A stretch of DNA of 64,000 nt from a virus. The position numbers and the translations under genes are program-made. Location of the stretch: positions 6,207 to 70,206 of the IMG/VR virus record IMGVR_UViG_3300032291_003216. The stretch is one strand, 5' to 3'. The first letter of the stretch is position 1. Each line of letters begins with the position of its first letter. Shown here in pieces: positions 10,801 through 18,943 of this stretch. The notes beneath the pieces are model-generated. The model was not told where the DNA came from, made no database searches, and saw only the letters and a program-made list of their open reading frames with translations.

Positions 10801-11914
10801 GGATGTCGATGGCGCGGAGCAGGACGCCGAGCGGCGACTCCTGACGGAAGATCGCCTGGCCCTTGTTGTTGAAGCCGATGATCTCGATGTTCGGCGAGAG
10901 CGCGCCGAAGAACGACGGGGCCTCGCGACCCTCGGTCACGTCGACATCGCCGAGCGTGATCGCCGGCGTCCACTGCCCGACCGTCTTGTAGGCGATGACC
11001 TCGTTCGTCGCCTGACGGCGCAGGCGCGCCACCTTCTCGACCGCCTGCGGGTCGGATGGCGTGATGCCCGCGCGCTTCTTCAGCTCCTCAAGGCGGGACT
11101 CGATGTACTTCTGCGTGCCGCCGGTCGCCATCGACCGACCGTAGAGGTCGTAGATCTTCGACGCCTGCGGGTCGCTCTTGAGCGCCTCGATGAGGGCCGC
11201 GGAGATGGTGTACCCGTGCTCGCCCGGCTTCGCGATGTCAGGCAGCACAGCCTGCGTGCCCGCCGCGGTGTAGCCAGCCAGCGCACCGGCGGGACCGAAG
11301 CCCTTGTCCACGCCCGCACGCTTCAGTTCAAGCGTGTCAGGGGCCTCTCCGCGCGTCGCCTTCTCAAAGTCGGTTGAGAGCTTGGTCAGCGCCGCCTTGC
11401 GCTCCTCGACGGGGAGGAAGCCCATGACGCCGCGCTCGCGGGCCGCCTTGGCGATCTCGTCGTAGCTGCGACCCTTCTGCCCCGCCTTGTAGATCGAGTC
11501 GAGGTCAACGCCCTGCGCCTCGGCGACACGCTTGAAGTCAGCTGCCGACATTCCAAGAGCCGCGGCCGCAGGCGCAATCGCGCCTTCTGCGTTCAGCGTA
11601 TTCGCGCGGTCGTAGAACGCCTTGTAGTCGACGACGCGCGCCATGTCGGGCGGCAGTTCCAGCGTGGGCTGCGGCGGAACCTCAACCTTGGGCAGCGCGA
11701 CCGGCTCCACCTTCGGAGTTTCTTCGCGCTTGGCCTTGACCACCTTGACCGGAGCAGTTACAGGAAGGGCAGCGGGGGCTACGCTCTTAGAAGGCGGGGC
11801 CATCGGCGCGAACGTGCTGGGCTCGACGGCGGCCGGAGGCGGCGCGACAGGGGCCGCAGCAGCGGCCTTCTTGGCATCCATCGCGGCCTTGAACTCAGCG
11901 TAGTTGCGCGCCAT
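1814..11914 (-). CDS. giant polyvalent virion/ejection protein (zincin MPTase, HhH-GPD-like domain, degenerate MPTase)
   Basis: 3366 aa; HEILHH...SEFWA; LNGIGNAK...PTMD; IYLLEGADASTVLDGLG...EDLFAQAFARY; last of the ejection-protein series. Confidence 0.75.
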   Translation of the reverse strand: MARNYAEFKAAMDAKKAAAAAPVAPPPAAVEPSTFAPMAPPSKSVAPAALPVTAPVKVVKAKREETPKVEPVALPKVEVPPQPTLELPPDMARVVDYKAFYDRANTLNAEGAIAPAAAALGMSAADFKRVAEAQGVDLDSIYKAGQKGRSYDEIAKAARERGVMGFLPVEERKAALTKLSTDFEKATRGEAPDTLELKRAGVDKGFGPAGALAGYTAAGTQAVLPDIAKPGEHGYTISAALIEALKSDPQASKIYDLYGRSMATGGTQKYIESRLEELKKRAGITPSDPQAVEKVARLRRQATNEVIAYKTVGQWTPAITLGDVDVTEGREAPSFFGALSPNIEIIGFNNKGQAIFRQESPLGVLLRAIDIPQSATVAALEGRPVSEGVATGANFLEYALDHSEGATPLVRYPAVAAGFAASVIFPDMLLAAGKAGKVVKAGVEYNRIRKIAPEVTALLKTIAESRAAKNFEAARVAEVELRRLTPAVADQLNNYDASAAELMKLVDPMTDTASDDLTAIIGSRIKAAEQEAAGRVWQHPSMRRETLSAKTDTKDVPYADYDELFSTEKLLDRVAAARQAHAQAFPKTMAEYISNYVEGATRNVLAPFAKEKGLKAADIDKLAAAARRVAPALLTSEKDFREALQAALKADDTFKTDAYTEVRKLLHVPTKGGLVPQVGRKMKDIAGQSLDDLKQADLALLDRASAAIEKNNEARAYAAAALLDEIAKRGKLRIQPINLFDDVAVLDSAGKPVRLSAAGQVFLKQLRRAMPGQNFDEAYKLAAVNDQLILSQAKRQGIDPFKLYKQKFPQIMRASAADLERFGIAPKSVPPTPAPPLGGAGKKALKWKPTPVPNAKPMDIADVDQAKRLLLDARAGRFSTAAIASYGRADGTTGAFVIVMGDVRIMVDAPLDGDDFNVFVKVGAAETNVPSVTGNPMQALLAGVDEAEALMKARVQKGEPAIKGAPDLLTMRRDLPETAEIPLVDIEQDALVSELDSLSEELDRITRRIDGLAGTDNRATVAENFRKGALRVMRGETDIEGLRELVAARAQRLADLSRERRVPVSFGALPASARPVLPPTAAQQTVIKALLQRDPFFPMDELRGRYAEAAPTSLAKLRSEAQGEISKRVRAFSTDEIRKQLDLAENAIDDLVDSVLPAADVERARRNLSGYAQILDTELSARNAPRFEATEAGLRAEREVTEAAPRVEAPEAAPVAEAPVVEAPPAAVVEAPAEAAPVARAAEVTTPPTPTVTAETWEGARVSDPMAGKSGVVVRWEPLGSGMNDALVRYDDGKEVWTSSNMLRVEDGAARPTRVQAQRAADEKALADLKAIRERHLAGLAVKWPGTEFGKAHVGQSIDQAIADVEARLARAEAPTPPTPTVVAPAASPSIQAAVEAQPTGAKIRGGKRAKAQKPEAASATILPSIESLAQSAKSPWGDTPKRFVVAAESRLRKAAEDLDAGRIDQIEYDITIGDVKRDLATQKAERAAKKSQAQLVRGADDARAKLLQAKAAGVIDEAGADLAEWLIRQNPRIADDLNIAVLTAESAKKRFGVQIGEEVAGFYEPVDRVVALIKERGSELTAAHEILHHTEQMLPEALQTAVVDEWAKQIQKTLGTATPEQRPALEKALTGDSAALLTGVTNGTLPRSFYQYSNPSEFWAVNASRIVSGRYATADKGFVAKAKQWLTEFVEKVKSAFGLTSDAPLIRALDDVLKGDGTAVSNMLSEGAALQVQRSASAILDELKKTQFISTPQLLQILGDARPEYLDNVASFILEQRNKVREGRLTVRDVAKAYLPTVASQRAGAIDATRVEAILGPLDDRFIVLGKKGQRQVRPEEAMAAWMFSPDGQRALDALERGEFDADAWETVAKLRDIWGNNTLRNSGVFSVPKPGAATMQSLQSVVDEINAAGGDVAKVEAAVRKLNGIGNAKTPFISHLLGFGESPTMDAVEFNGWLTGRADIGTLATPESDLARDLKARQDVDKIAVAMADRAMGRFRALRAEGVPGTDLPDEVFGAIMHHWFWDRLKDAQTTHAGMYDALRYASVEPKAAEAAAAVAEDAAPPSTFFKAVSPTGKVTGVTEFLDDGRSIIYLLEGADASTVLDGLGRVLRRNVLATEDMDDVVAWLKTRGVTVGHEFGDFTGDEAEVLKAEDLFAQAFARYVADGTAPNGTLSNAFDGLKDAAARIYRLASDPSMGVTINDGVRAAFNRAFSDVTEQTGATLKQVLRRELVGEADDQVEILDLLSREAVRRGLPKAQLADIQKKFDDALAAAKARGEKVTDNLVAIEFPVKILGKETWTVRDLAEAQAKYTTRAQMQKAAEKGVDLDLLGKGRGALGRVVEETAVESIRQVIAPVKGETGTKAALRTAARAVAGSLIGGDVALEKGARELSPEVRKALDTGERIIEQHIGDTIGLLRDAVDKGGNKQLSRYLSGAVDVRRRDGRSVLSAGHDSMGSVIGMYQRTLSALDEAQKKALVDLADAINSPNRGIRLANYGFDSEGKEFAKATADQAKNRRIAVQAMDKIMSLAKGSEEDIGVALSGALRNAVDAPGTYRPTHEMRLVETITYLAGMTARPGGVFKGSSEQAVTTLLKDVAAIYDEEAARRVAVLVGSFGAASLGKDALTRMGLGVNAKTRNALINWSVGEQPGLDNINALQFTANRFGANIEFVKDAVLDANLYIPRQARDRIAKALSRASYRPAEAATGADAYALLYRYMKTRMTRGSFFLRQRYFMMNTVDHFVQISMQAGFGVGAMSLTRVLLQDVMVLPAWQQVVDAASRLSGGRLASPVALERSRAGLQQIGDIAAGKIGEWFSLAKYRIEVNPILEGVDGAFRAGGKIYDYRSVRNIAVEEGVFASMSTRELQNAIVREGTMFADSVSGTIKTGSAKGRFMNFLADWQQTVGDTAEAWGERERLGAMVTLMEAGYDPRTAARITVDALYDYSQSLTAADRHWLVGILFPFWAFQKNANQQVVNLMFSPWGAYRMMAIKRARDRSADLLSEILFREVGGEYELDVESMPPELQDSYYAIVKAFEDSYGGNPPPEAKRALRMLFRGQARSVEDGKMVELTSSVQEIRMAGGAAGLSRFAQYAVVRPDKASRMSYFRDRAGVAVPFPRTEAVRMYYSMAGDDHSYMELFWPESAVEGGLKHITQISAAYLLLSAGLADQLPGVDLTEGGMREVSYKRVLEPAFDITRSPILAPILADATEDLVAPKKVSTFASEGVATVLRVHPWIGAQLDEAYGTTFIRVPAQADPFVENPEMLSEEDAERIRRLQAEYPDIAKTRDERYYIPGGAWALAFENSPLGELNQILLRAEETPLERTDIRGELLRWARAAAGMDVSLTTAQKAAKYEEPTKLKETTGI

Positions 11915-12015
11915 CTACGTCTCCGATGGCGCAACCCTATCACAACAGACATGCGTGCGCCCGTCCGCAGCGTAGCATATTGCCACGGCGGTCGGGCGAC
12001 GGGGGTTGGCGGTGG

Positions 12016-12732
12016 CTACTTCTCGGGCAGTCCGTACTCCCTACGCGATGCGGCCAGTGCCGCGACACGCTCAAGGCGCGCCCGCTGCTCTCGCGCTATC
12101 GCAGGAAACTCGCTTCGCGGGAAGTTAGGGTCGCGCTCCAGTTCTTTGACCCGTCTCTGCCCGGCGTTGTAGTCTTCCACCGCCTGATCGTACGCTTGGT
12201 CTACGATCTTCGCTCGTTCTGCTGCTTTGGCCGGAACATTCAGTTCCTCTGGCGAGGGCCGCTGAATCGGCGTTGTCATGGCCGGGCCTACGGGCGGAAG
12301 CGGCGTAGCCCGCTGCTTCGGGTTCATCGTCATCGGCTGAACAGAGGCGAGCGGAGCCGCGGTTCCGTACGCACCCGGAAGCGTCGGTGTTCCAATTTCC
12401 CGCGCTTTGCGCAACTGCGCGACCCGTCCAACGGCGTCGAGATACGGACGCATGTCGGCGTACTTGTCCGCCGGCGCCGACGGCTCGATCTCCGGAACGG
12501 ACGCCGGAATCTCCAGCGCCTCTACCTGTCCCTCTACCGACTTGAGATAGGCGAGACGTCGGTCAGCTTCTGCTTCGTATCCGTCGTCCACGCGCGCAGG
12601 AGCCGTGGCCTTCGGAGCCGAGGTCTGCTTCGGCGGCGCGGCCTTCTGAGGCGCCGGCTGCTTCGGAGCCGACGCTGCGGGAGCGGCGGCCGGCACCTTC
12701 CCGGCCATCTGGTCTGCGGCTTTCGGCATCAC
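12016..12732 (-). CDS. Pro/Ala-rich putative internal virion protein
   Basis: 238-aa ORF coupled (GTGA) to the upstream gene. Confidence 0.55.
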   Translation of the reverse strand: MMPKAADQMAGKVPAAAPAASAPKQPAPQKAAPPKQTSAPKATAPARVDDGYEAEADRRLAYLKSVEGQVEALEIPASVPEIEPSAPADKYADMRPYLDAVGRVAQLRKAREIGTPTLPGAYGTAAPLASVQPMTMNPKQRATPLPPVGPAMTTPIQRPSPEELNVPAKAAERAKIVDQAYDQAVEDYNAGQRRVKELERDPNFPRSEFPAIAREQRARLERVAALAASRREYGLPEK

Positions 12733-15700
12733 GCCACTCCGGTGTTGGTGGTCAAGCGGCGTGCGCCCGTCGCTTGGAGCTTCTTGAAGGTCGGCAGCGG
12801 GGCGCGGCTCGCCTGCGGTTCGACGGTCGGCGTCGAGGGCTTGAACTCAAGCTCCTCCTCTTCCTCGCCATACAGCGTCTTTCGCACAGACGCGCGCTGC
12901 TTTGCCGCTTCTTCTGCTGCCTTGCGCACTTCCTGCGCGACGCCTGCCTGCTTCTGCGCCGTAGTCTTCTGGAACGTCGCCTCACCCATCTGAGGTCCGG
13001 TGACTTCAGCCGCCTCTGCGATAGGTGCTGCGACAGACTTCGGCTCGCGCTTGCCGAACGTGGCGCGCTTGCGGGCCTCGGTGGCGATCCCCGCCACTTC
13101 CTTGTAGTAGTCCTCGCCCGTCTTCGACTGCGCAGCGGCGTACCGCTCTGCGAGGTCAGAGTCAGGCTCACCCGCCTTAATGTTCTTGAGGCCCTGCATG
13201 AGGCGCTCGTCGCGCAGCGCGCCGAAGCCGGCGTAGAACTCGCCGACCGAGCCAGGACGTCCCTTGCCCTTGCGCTCCACGTCCTCGATACCTTCGCCTG
13301 TCGGGAGCGGCTTGGTGAACGCTGTCTGGCGGAACTTGCCGGCGGCCTCCTTTCCCTCTACGGCGGGGCTGACACCGCGCTCAGCCTGCCGCTCTTCGCG
13401 GCGCTGCTTCATCTTCTCCAGCGTGTCGCGAATGTCGGTGCCGACGTTGCGGACGCGGCCCGAGTCGATGACCGTGCTGCCGCGCACCTCGCGCGCCTCG
13501 ACGTCGGGCTTCTTCGCCTTGAGCCCAGCGCCAACATCGGCGAGCTGGAACTTCATGGCCTCGTCCTTCGACAGCTCCCTGACGTCTTCGCCCTCGAGCC
13601 GGCTCGTCGCTGCGGTGTACGCGGCCGACCCCTCGGCCTTCCACTCCTTGTCGAAGGTCAGATCGCCGCTCTTCGGCGCGACCTGTCGGACGCCCTTCCC
13701 CTCGAGCGACTCGAACACCGAGCCGTCTGGCATGCGGTAGAAGTCCGACGTCGGCGCCGCGGGCTTCGGAGCCTCGACCTGCGTGAGCTTGCTCTCGACG
13801 GCCTTGTAGGCGGCGTCCGCCGGCTTGAACACGGTCTTGGCAGGCATCTTGCCTTCGGGGGCGCCGGTGACCGTGATGGTGCCGTCCGCCGCCTTCGTGA
13901 ACGTGTAGCCTGCGTCGTCCTTGAACGTCGGCAGCGCGGGCGCCGCGGCGACCGGAGCCGGAGCCTCGGGAGCCGGAGCCGCAGGAGGCGCGACAGGCGC
14001 GACAGGAGCCGCGGGCGTCGAGACACCCGGAGCCTCGATGCGCCGCGTCTCTTCGGGCGTGAGCCCTCCGAGGCCACCGGCCCGACGCTCGGCGCGGCGC
14101 GCGAGCGCGTTCGTCGGCGAAGTCGTGCGACCGCGTGACTCGAGGATCTCGATCTTCGCGCCGGGGCCGAACTTCTGCTGGCCGCCGTTGATGCTGAACG
14201 TGCCGGGACCGCCCTCAATGATGTCGCGGGCGTTGATCTTGTCGCGATAGCCGACGACGCTCATCTCGCCGATGGCCGGAAGCGCGTCGGCGCCCACGAC
14301 GTCGATCCCCTTCAGCGTCTTCGGCAGCGCGGCCCGCTCGGCCTCATCTGGCACGCCGGCGTTGTTGATGTCGAAGTCGGATAGGTCGACATCGGTCATG
14401 TAGCGCGACGGCTTGTCACCGTCGTAGACGATGGCATCGTTGAACTTCAGATTGGCCGGAGCCTTGGCTTCGACGGGGTTCCCGGCCTTGTCATACGCCG
14501 TGATCGTACCCGCCGATGACTTCACGAAGACGGTGCTGTTGTCCGCGCTGTAGGCAAGCTGGACGCCCGTCGGGTCAATGCCCTGCTCCCGGCGCGCCTT
14601 GGCGTAGTCCTCCGGCGAGAGGACCACGCCGTCCTGCACGGCGTACCGGCCGCCTCCGATGTTGTACTCGGAGAGGACGCGCTCGCGGGCCGCGGGATCC
14701 TGCACCGTCACGCGGACGAGCTGGCCGCTGTTGCGGGAGAAGCCGATGGGCCGACCCGTCCGCATCTGATGCGAGAACACCAGCATGGCGCGCTCGTCGT
14801 TCGGGCCGGGCGCGTAGCCATACACGTTGCCCTCAGCGTCGATGTTCGCCGAGCCGATGCGGAACCCATTGTCCTTCGCCCACTGGCGGAACTCTTCGTT
14901 CGCCATCGTGCGCGCGATCTTCGTACGAAGACCCTCCTGCCCCGGCTTCTGGACGAGGCTCTTGAACCAGTCCGCCTCTTCCGTGAGCCCCTGATAGGTC
15001 GAGTCAATCTGCGCGACGCGCTCCATTTCCTTGCGGAGATCGGTCGCGTTCATGCCGACACGCGCCTCAACCAGACCCGCGAGCTTCTCGGAGAGGCGCA
15101 CCGCCTCCTGCGCCTGCTCGCCGCTCAGCGCCCCGCCGCTGACACGGGACAGCTCAAAGAGACGCCCGCGCGTCTCTTGGATCGCACGATCTGTTACCTG
15201 CTGAGCGCCGAGGACGCTCTGTCCGTGACGGAACAACGCTGCGGTTTCAGCCGCGAGCGTCTCGTTGCCGCCGCTGGATTCCCGAACCATCTGCGCGGCT
15301 TGTTCCGGCGTGATCTGGTCGAGTGACTTGCCGAACATCCGCAGCGACACTTCCTGCATCATACCGGCGATGTCAGGCGACTCGCGACTGGGGTCGACGC
15401 CCGTGAGACGGAGCGTGTTGGTCAGCGACTCCATGCCGTCCGCGATGGAGTTGCCTGCGCCCTGATACGCCGCCAACGCAGGACTGAGACGAGAACTGAT
15501 GACCTGCGTGCTCTGCGTCGCGAGCTTCGTCAGGTTGTCGTCGGCGTTGTTGTTGAGGTCGACGAGAGAGCGTGTCTCGACGCGGCCATTCTGAGCGAAC
15601 GTCTCGTTGACCTGCCCGACCATCCGCTGCGTCGAGGCCAGCGTGTCGACACCGGAGGCGAGCTGGTCACGCCACTGCACCAGCGTCGGCGTATTGATGC

Positions 15701-15842
15701 CCGCGTTGCGGTACTGCGACAGCGTCTTGAGGAGGCCCGCGTACTGCGCGGCCATCTTCGGATCGTTCGTCGGCAGCGTGTCGTCGTAGTTCTCGGTCGA
15801 AAGGAGAACGTCCATGTAGGTCGGCCGGTAAGTCCTTGCCAT
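12729..15842 (-). CDS. putative ejection (internal virion) protein
   Basis: 1037 aa, helical N-terminus, PA linkers; position analogous to podovirus core proteins. Confidence 0.6.
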   Translation of the reverse strand: MARTYRPTYMDVLLSTENYDDTLPTNDPKMAAQYAGLLKTLSQYRNAGINTPTLVQWRDQLASGVDTLASTQRMVGQVNETFAQNGRVETRSLVDLNNNADDNLTKLATQSTQVISSRLSPALAAYQGAGNSIADGMESLTNTLRLTGVDPSRESPDIAGMMQEVSLRMFGKSLDQITPEQAAQMVRESSGGNETLAAETAALFRHGQSVLGAQQVTDRAIQETRGRLFELSRVSGGALSGEQAQEAVRLSEKLAGLVEARVGMNATDLRKEMERVAQIDSTYQGLTEEADWFKSLVQKPGQEGLRTKIARTMANEEFRQWAKDNGFRIGSANIDAEGNVYGYAPGPNDERAMLVFSHQMRTGRPIGFSRNSGQLVRVTVQDPAARERVLSEYNIGGGRYAVQDGVVLSPEDYAKARREQGIDPTGVQLAYSADNSTVFVKSSAGTITAYDKAGNPVEAKAPANLKFNDAIVYDGDKPSRYMTDVDLSDFDINNAGVPDEAERAALPKTLKGIDVVGADALPAIGEMSVVGYRDKINARDIIEGGPGTFSINGGQQKFGPGAKIEILESRGRTTSPTNALARRAERRAGGLGGLTPEETRRIEAPGVSTPAAPVAPVAPPAAPAPEAPAPVAAAPALPTFKDDAGYTFTKAADGTITVTGAPEGKMPAKTVFKPADAAYKAVESKLTQVEAPKPAAPTSDFYRMPDGSVFESLEGKGVRQVAPKSGDLTFDKEWKAEGSAAYTAATSRLEGEDVRELSKDEAMKFQLADVGAGLKAKKPDVEAREVRGSTVIDSGRVRNVGTDIRDTLEKMKQRREERQAERGVSPAVEGKEAAGKFRQTAFTKPLPTGEGIEDVERKGKGRPGSVGEFYAGFGALRDERLMQGLKNIKAGEPDSDLAERYAAAQSKTGEDYYKEVAGIATEARKRATFGKREPKSVAAPIAEAAEVTGPQMGEATFQKTTAQKQAGVAQEVRKAAEEAAKQRASVRKTLYGEEEEELEFKPSTPTVEPQASRAPLPTFKKLQATGARRLTTNTGVA

Positions 15843-15851
15843 GCCGTCTCC

Positions 15852-16496
15852 TTAGTAGCCGAGCGTCGACATCGCGCGCTGCTGCGGCGACATCTTGCTG
15901 TAGTCCACCTGTCCGCCCGCGCCGGCCGGGACGTTCCCGCGCAGCGTCGTGTCAAGCTCGCCGAGCCGCTGCTTCTGCAACGTCTTCGTAGCCGCCGCCG
16001 CTTCCGCGCCGAAGGTCTGACCCGCCTGACCGATGGCCGCGCCGGTCTGCATCGCCTCGGCGCGCTTGGCGGCGACGCGGTTCATCACGTCGGCGAAGCG
16101 CTGCTGAGCGACCTGCTGCGACAGCGCGTCGACCTGACCCGCGGCTCCAGCGAGCTGCTCCCTCTGCGCCGCGCCCATCTGCCCGAGCGCCGCCTGCTGC
16201 GCGCCTGAGCGACCGAAGCCGCCCATCGCAGCGGCGGAACGACGAAGGTTCGCCTCAGCGCCCGCCGTCTGGGCCTGCAACGCGCGCTGCGTGCCGGCGA
16301 GCATCGTGCGCTTCTCCGCTTCGGAGAGGCCGAGCTTGCCGCGCTGGAGCGCGTCCATGTCCTTCTTCATCTGCTTGCGGTAGGCGATGGCCGCCGGGTC
16401 CACCGCCGAAGCGATGGCCTGACCCGCCGCCCCGACGAGCCCCATCGCGCCTTCGCCCGCAAGCGCGGTGAGAGGTCCGGCAAGGACTGGAAGCAT
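15852..16496 (-). CDS. putative ejection/pilot protein
   Basis: 214 aa, Ala/Gly/Gln-rich, hydrophobic N-terminus, GGFGRSG motif. Confidence 0.6.
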   Translation of the reverse strand: MLPVLAGPLTALAGEGAMGLVGAAGQAIASAVDPAAIAYRKQMKKDMDALQRGKLGLSEAEKRTMLAGTQRALQAQTAGAEANLRRSAAAMGGFGRSGAQQAALGQMGAAQREQLAGAAGQVDALSQQVAQQRFADVMNRVAAKRAEAMQTGAAIGQAGQTFGAEAAAATKTLQKQRLGELDTTLRGNVPAGAGGQVDYSKMSPQQRAMSTLGY

Positions 16497-16550
16497 GGAG
16501 TATTCTCCTTGGTCGCGACTATATCGTATTGCGCCCGTCGGGTCGACCGG

Positions 16551-17330
16551 TTACTTGAACATCACGCAGCGTACGCTCCTCGTGCCGAACGAGATGCGGG
16601 TGTGCATCGTGCACTCAACGGTGTCCGTGCTGGGCGGGTCAAACGTGCCCGTAAACGACGACATCGGCGTGAAGAAGAGCACCTCTTCGGTGCCGTAGGT
16701 CACGCGCGGCAGGTAGAGCTTCACGGTCAGCTCGTGGAACCCAGCGGCCACGTTGTTCTGGAGCAGCGCGAAGTCGTACCAGAGCTGCGACGTGTGCTCG
16801 TAGTCCTTGAAGCTCATGTCGAGCCCAGGAGTTCCGACCAGCGACAGCGTCGTGGGGAATGTCCGCCGGTACGTCGGCTGCTCAACACCGTCGATGAACA
16901 CGCGGATGCCCATGTTCGCAAGCTCTGGGCCACTCTGGTCCTGTATGTCGTTGATCCACGGACGAACGACCGAGATGTGCAACGCCCACTGCCAGACGAC
17001 AGCGGTCATGGCGTACGGGATGTACAGGCGCTGTCCGAGGCCCGCGAGCGGGACGTAGGTGGGGTCATTGTCATCGCGGATGCCGAAGGCGTTGTTGTAG
17101 ACGTCCATCGGGATGGTCGAGCCGTCCATCCGCGCGACGACCGCCTCCTCCGGCATGACGTGCTCGTCGCGGATGGTAAACGCCGCGTCGAGGTTCACGA
17201 CTTGAAGCCCGCCGTTCGGCTCCGACATGATGCCGCGGCCCGACGCCGTCGCGTAGACGTTGGCGTTGTGATTCGGCACGGACAAGGCCGCGCCGTTCGG
17301 GTAGGTCGTGTTCGGAGTGATGACAGCCAT
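16551..17330 (-). CDS. putative tail protein
   Basis: 259 aa, beta-rich, in the tail cluster. Confidence 0.55.
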   Translation of the reverse strand: MAVITPNTTYPNGAALSVPNHNANVYATASGRGIMSEPNGGLQVVNLDAAFTIRDEHVMPEEAVVARMDGSTIPMDVYNNAFGIRDDNDPTYVPLAGLGQRLYIPYAMTAVVWQWALHISVVRPWINDIQDQSGPELANMGIRVFIDGVEQPTYRRTFPTTLSLVGTPGLDMSFKDYEHTSQLWYDFALLQNNVAAGFHELTVKLYLPRVTYGTEEVLFFTPMSSFTGTFDPPSTDTVECTMHTRISFGTRSVRCVMFK

Positions 17331-17332
17331 TG

Positions 17333-18943
17333 TTACTTCCTCATGCTGATGGCGATGAGGCTACCACGCAGCACGTCGCACTCGGTGTTGGTGTTCGCCA
17401 CGCCACCGAAGATGGCGACGTTGAGCGGCGTCGCCTGCGGCACATTGAGGTCGATGACCGCCATGAGGTGAACCTCAACGAACTCACGCGCAAAGTCGAT
17501 GAATGAACCCGTCCACCAGACGAAGTTGTTCACCATCCCGATGCTTTCCGTGACGCTGTTCCACGACGTCGGCGAGGCCGTGTTGTTCTGCGTCATGAGC
17601 TGAAACAGCGCGAAGGCGTTGAACGCGCCCTGCTCAAGCGGAGGAAGCCCTCCACCAGACGGCTTGAACGAAGAGCCGCTGATGTTGCGGACCTGCACGT
17701 TGCCCAGCACGAGGATCTTGCGCGGCGTGCTGACGTCGATGTTGTTGACGCGGATGCCAGACAAGCCTCCGCCGATCAACCCCCAACCACCCGTCGGACC
17801 CGCCTGCGTGCCGGAGTAGTAGTTGGTCGTGACGGTGTCGCGCAGCGCAGGATTGGTGCCGGGGTAGTAGTTGTTGAACAGCCAACCGCCGAAGGACGAG
17901 GCATCGTAGAGTTTCTGCGCCGTCTGGAGCACCGCAGACGGGAGGTGGTAGTGCATGAGCGCGCCGCGCGCGAGCGAGCCCTCCTGCACGTCGTTGTAGG
18001 CTGCGATGATCGGCTGCACCCGGTTGGTGTACAGCGCGGCCTGGTTCAGCGTGTCCTCCGTCTCCAGCGCGGGGGCGGTGGTTTCCGCCGGCCCGACGCT
18101 GTCGATGGGGTACGCCTTCATCTCTACGACGACGACCTGTCGCGCGTAGACCGCGATCTTGTCGAACGGGCCGTACTGAACGACCTGCTCGTCGGTGATG
18201 AAGGGCACACGTCGAACCACCAATTCAACCAGTTGCGGGCCTGGAACACATGGCACGCAAGCGCCGATCCGGATAGGGAGACAAGGCGGGCCGAGTGCGC
18301 ACACTTGAGGGCCGCGGATGTCTTGAGGTCCGGGTAGGATCGACGTCGCGCTGCGCGTGGTCTTCGGCTTGATCGGGATCGAAGCGCGGTACGTCAGGTC
18401 GTCGATGCCGGTGACCGTTTCGGCGATGATGTTGCCGTTGACCCGCAGCGCGAATTGAAGGTTGCACGGCATGTTCAGCGCGTCGTTGGCGTGGTACGCC
18501 CCACCCGGAGCAGCGCCGCCCGTCGGGTTGCTGAACCCCCACCAGATGTACTGCGCGTAGGCGTTAATCCAGAGGACCGACTGCCCCGTCGTCATGCTGA
18601 CCTGCGTGGAAGCGCCCGTGCCGTCGATCAGCGCCTGCCACTCAAAGTTGTTCTGCACCATCGCCATGTCGGGCGTGGTCGTGTACCCGGCGTCCGGGTT
18701 GCCCCACGGCGGTCCTGGCGTCGCGGCTTCGGTCCACTGGATGTCTACTGACTTCTGGTAGCGCGCGATCTGATAGTACGCCTCTCCGTCGACCACGATG
18801 GTCGAGGCGACGCCCTGATCGAAGTTGTGCATGTTCAGCTTTCCGCTGACACGGTCGGCCGCCGGCGTGATGTCCTCGGTCAACTCCTGCGGGTCGAGCA
18901 CGTCGCCGGGCCGCAGGACTCGTCGGGGGAAGATGTAGCTCAT
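17333..18943 (-). CDS. putative tail protein
   Basis: 536 aa; N-terminal PGDVLDPQELTE docking-like motif; ATGA coupling. Confidence 0.55.
   Translation of the reverse strand: MSYIFPRRVLRPGDVLDPQELTEDITPAADRVSGKLNMHNFDQGVASTIVVDGEAYYQIARYQKSVDIQWTEAATPGPPWGNPDAGYTTTPDMAMVQNNFEWQALIDGTGASTQVSMTTGQSVLWINAYAQYIWWGFSNPTGGAAPGGAYHANDALNMPCNLQFALRVNGNIIAETVTGIDDLTYRASIPIKPKTTRSATSILPGPQDIRGPQVCALGPPCLPIRIGACVPCVPGPQLVELVVRRVPFITDEQVVQYGPFDKIAVYARQVVVVEMKAYPIDSVGPAETTAPALETEDTLNQAALYTNRVQPIIAAYNDVQEGSLARGALMHYHLPSAVLQTAQKLYDASSFGGWLFNNYYPGTNPALRDTVTTNYYSGTQAGPTGGWGLIGGGLSGIRVNNIDVSTPRKILVLGNVQVRNISGSSFKPSGGGLPPLEQGAFNAFALFQLMTQNNTASPTSWNSVTESIGMVNNFVWWTGSFIDFAREFVEVHLMAVIDLNVPQATPLNVAIFGGVANTNTECDVLRGSLIAISMRK

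Noticed and set aside
2462-11377. Long plus-strand ORFs (694, 680, 676, 487 aa) and similar antisense ORFs elsewhere
   Set aside because: Shadow frames of high-GC3 genes; Arg/Val/Leu-rich with no motifs or RBS
1814-11914. Giant protein as an N4- or crAss-type virion RNA polymerase
   Set aside because: No DxDGD/DFDxD motif (PLDGDD does not fit) and no T7-like motif set recognised; MPTase modules point to a polyvalent protein
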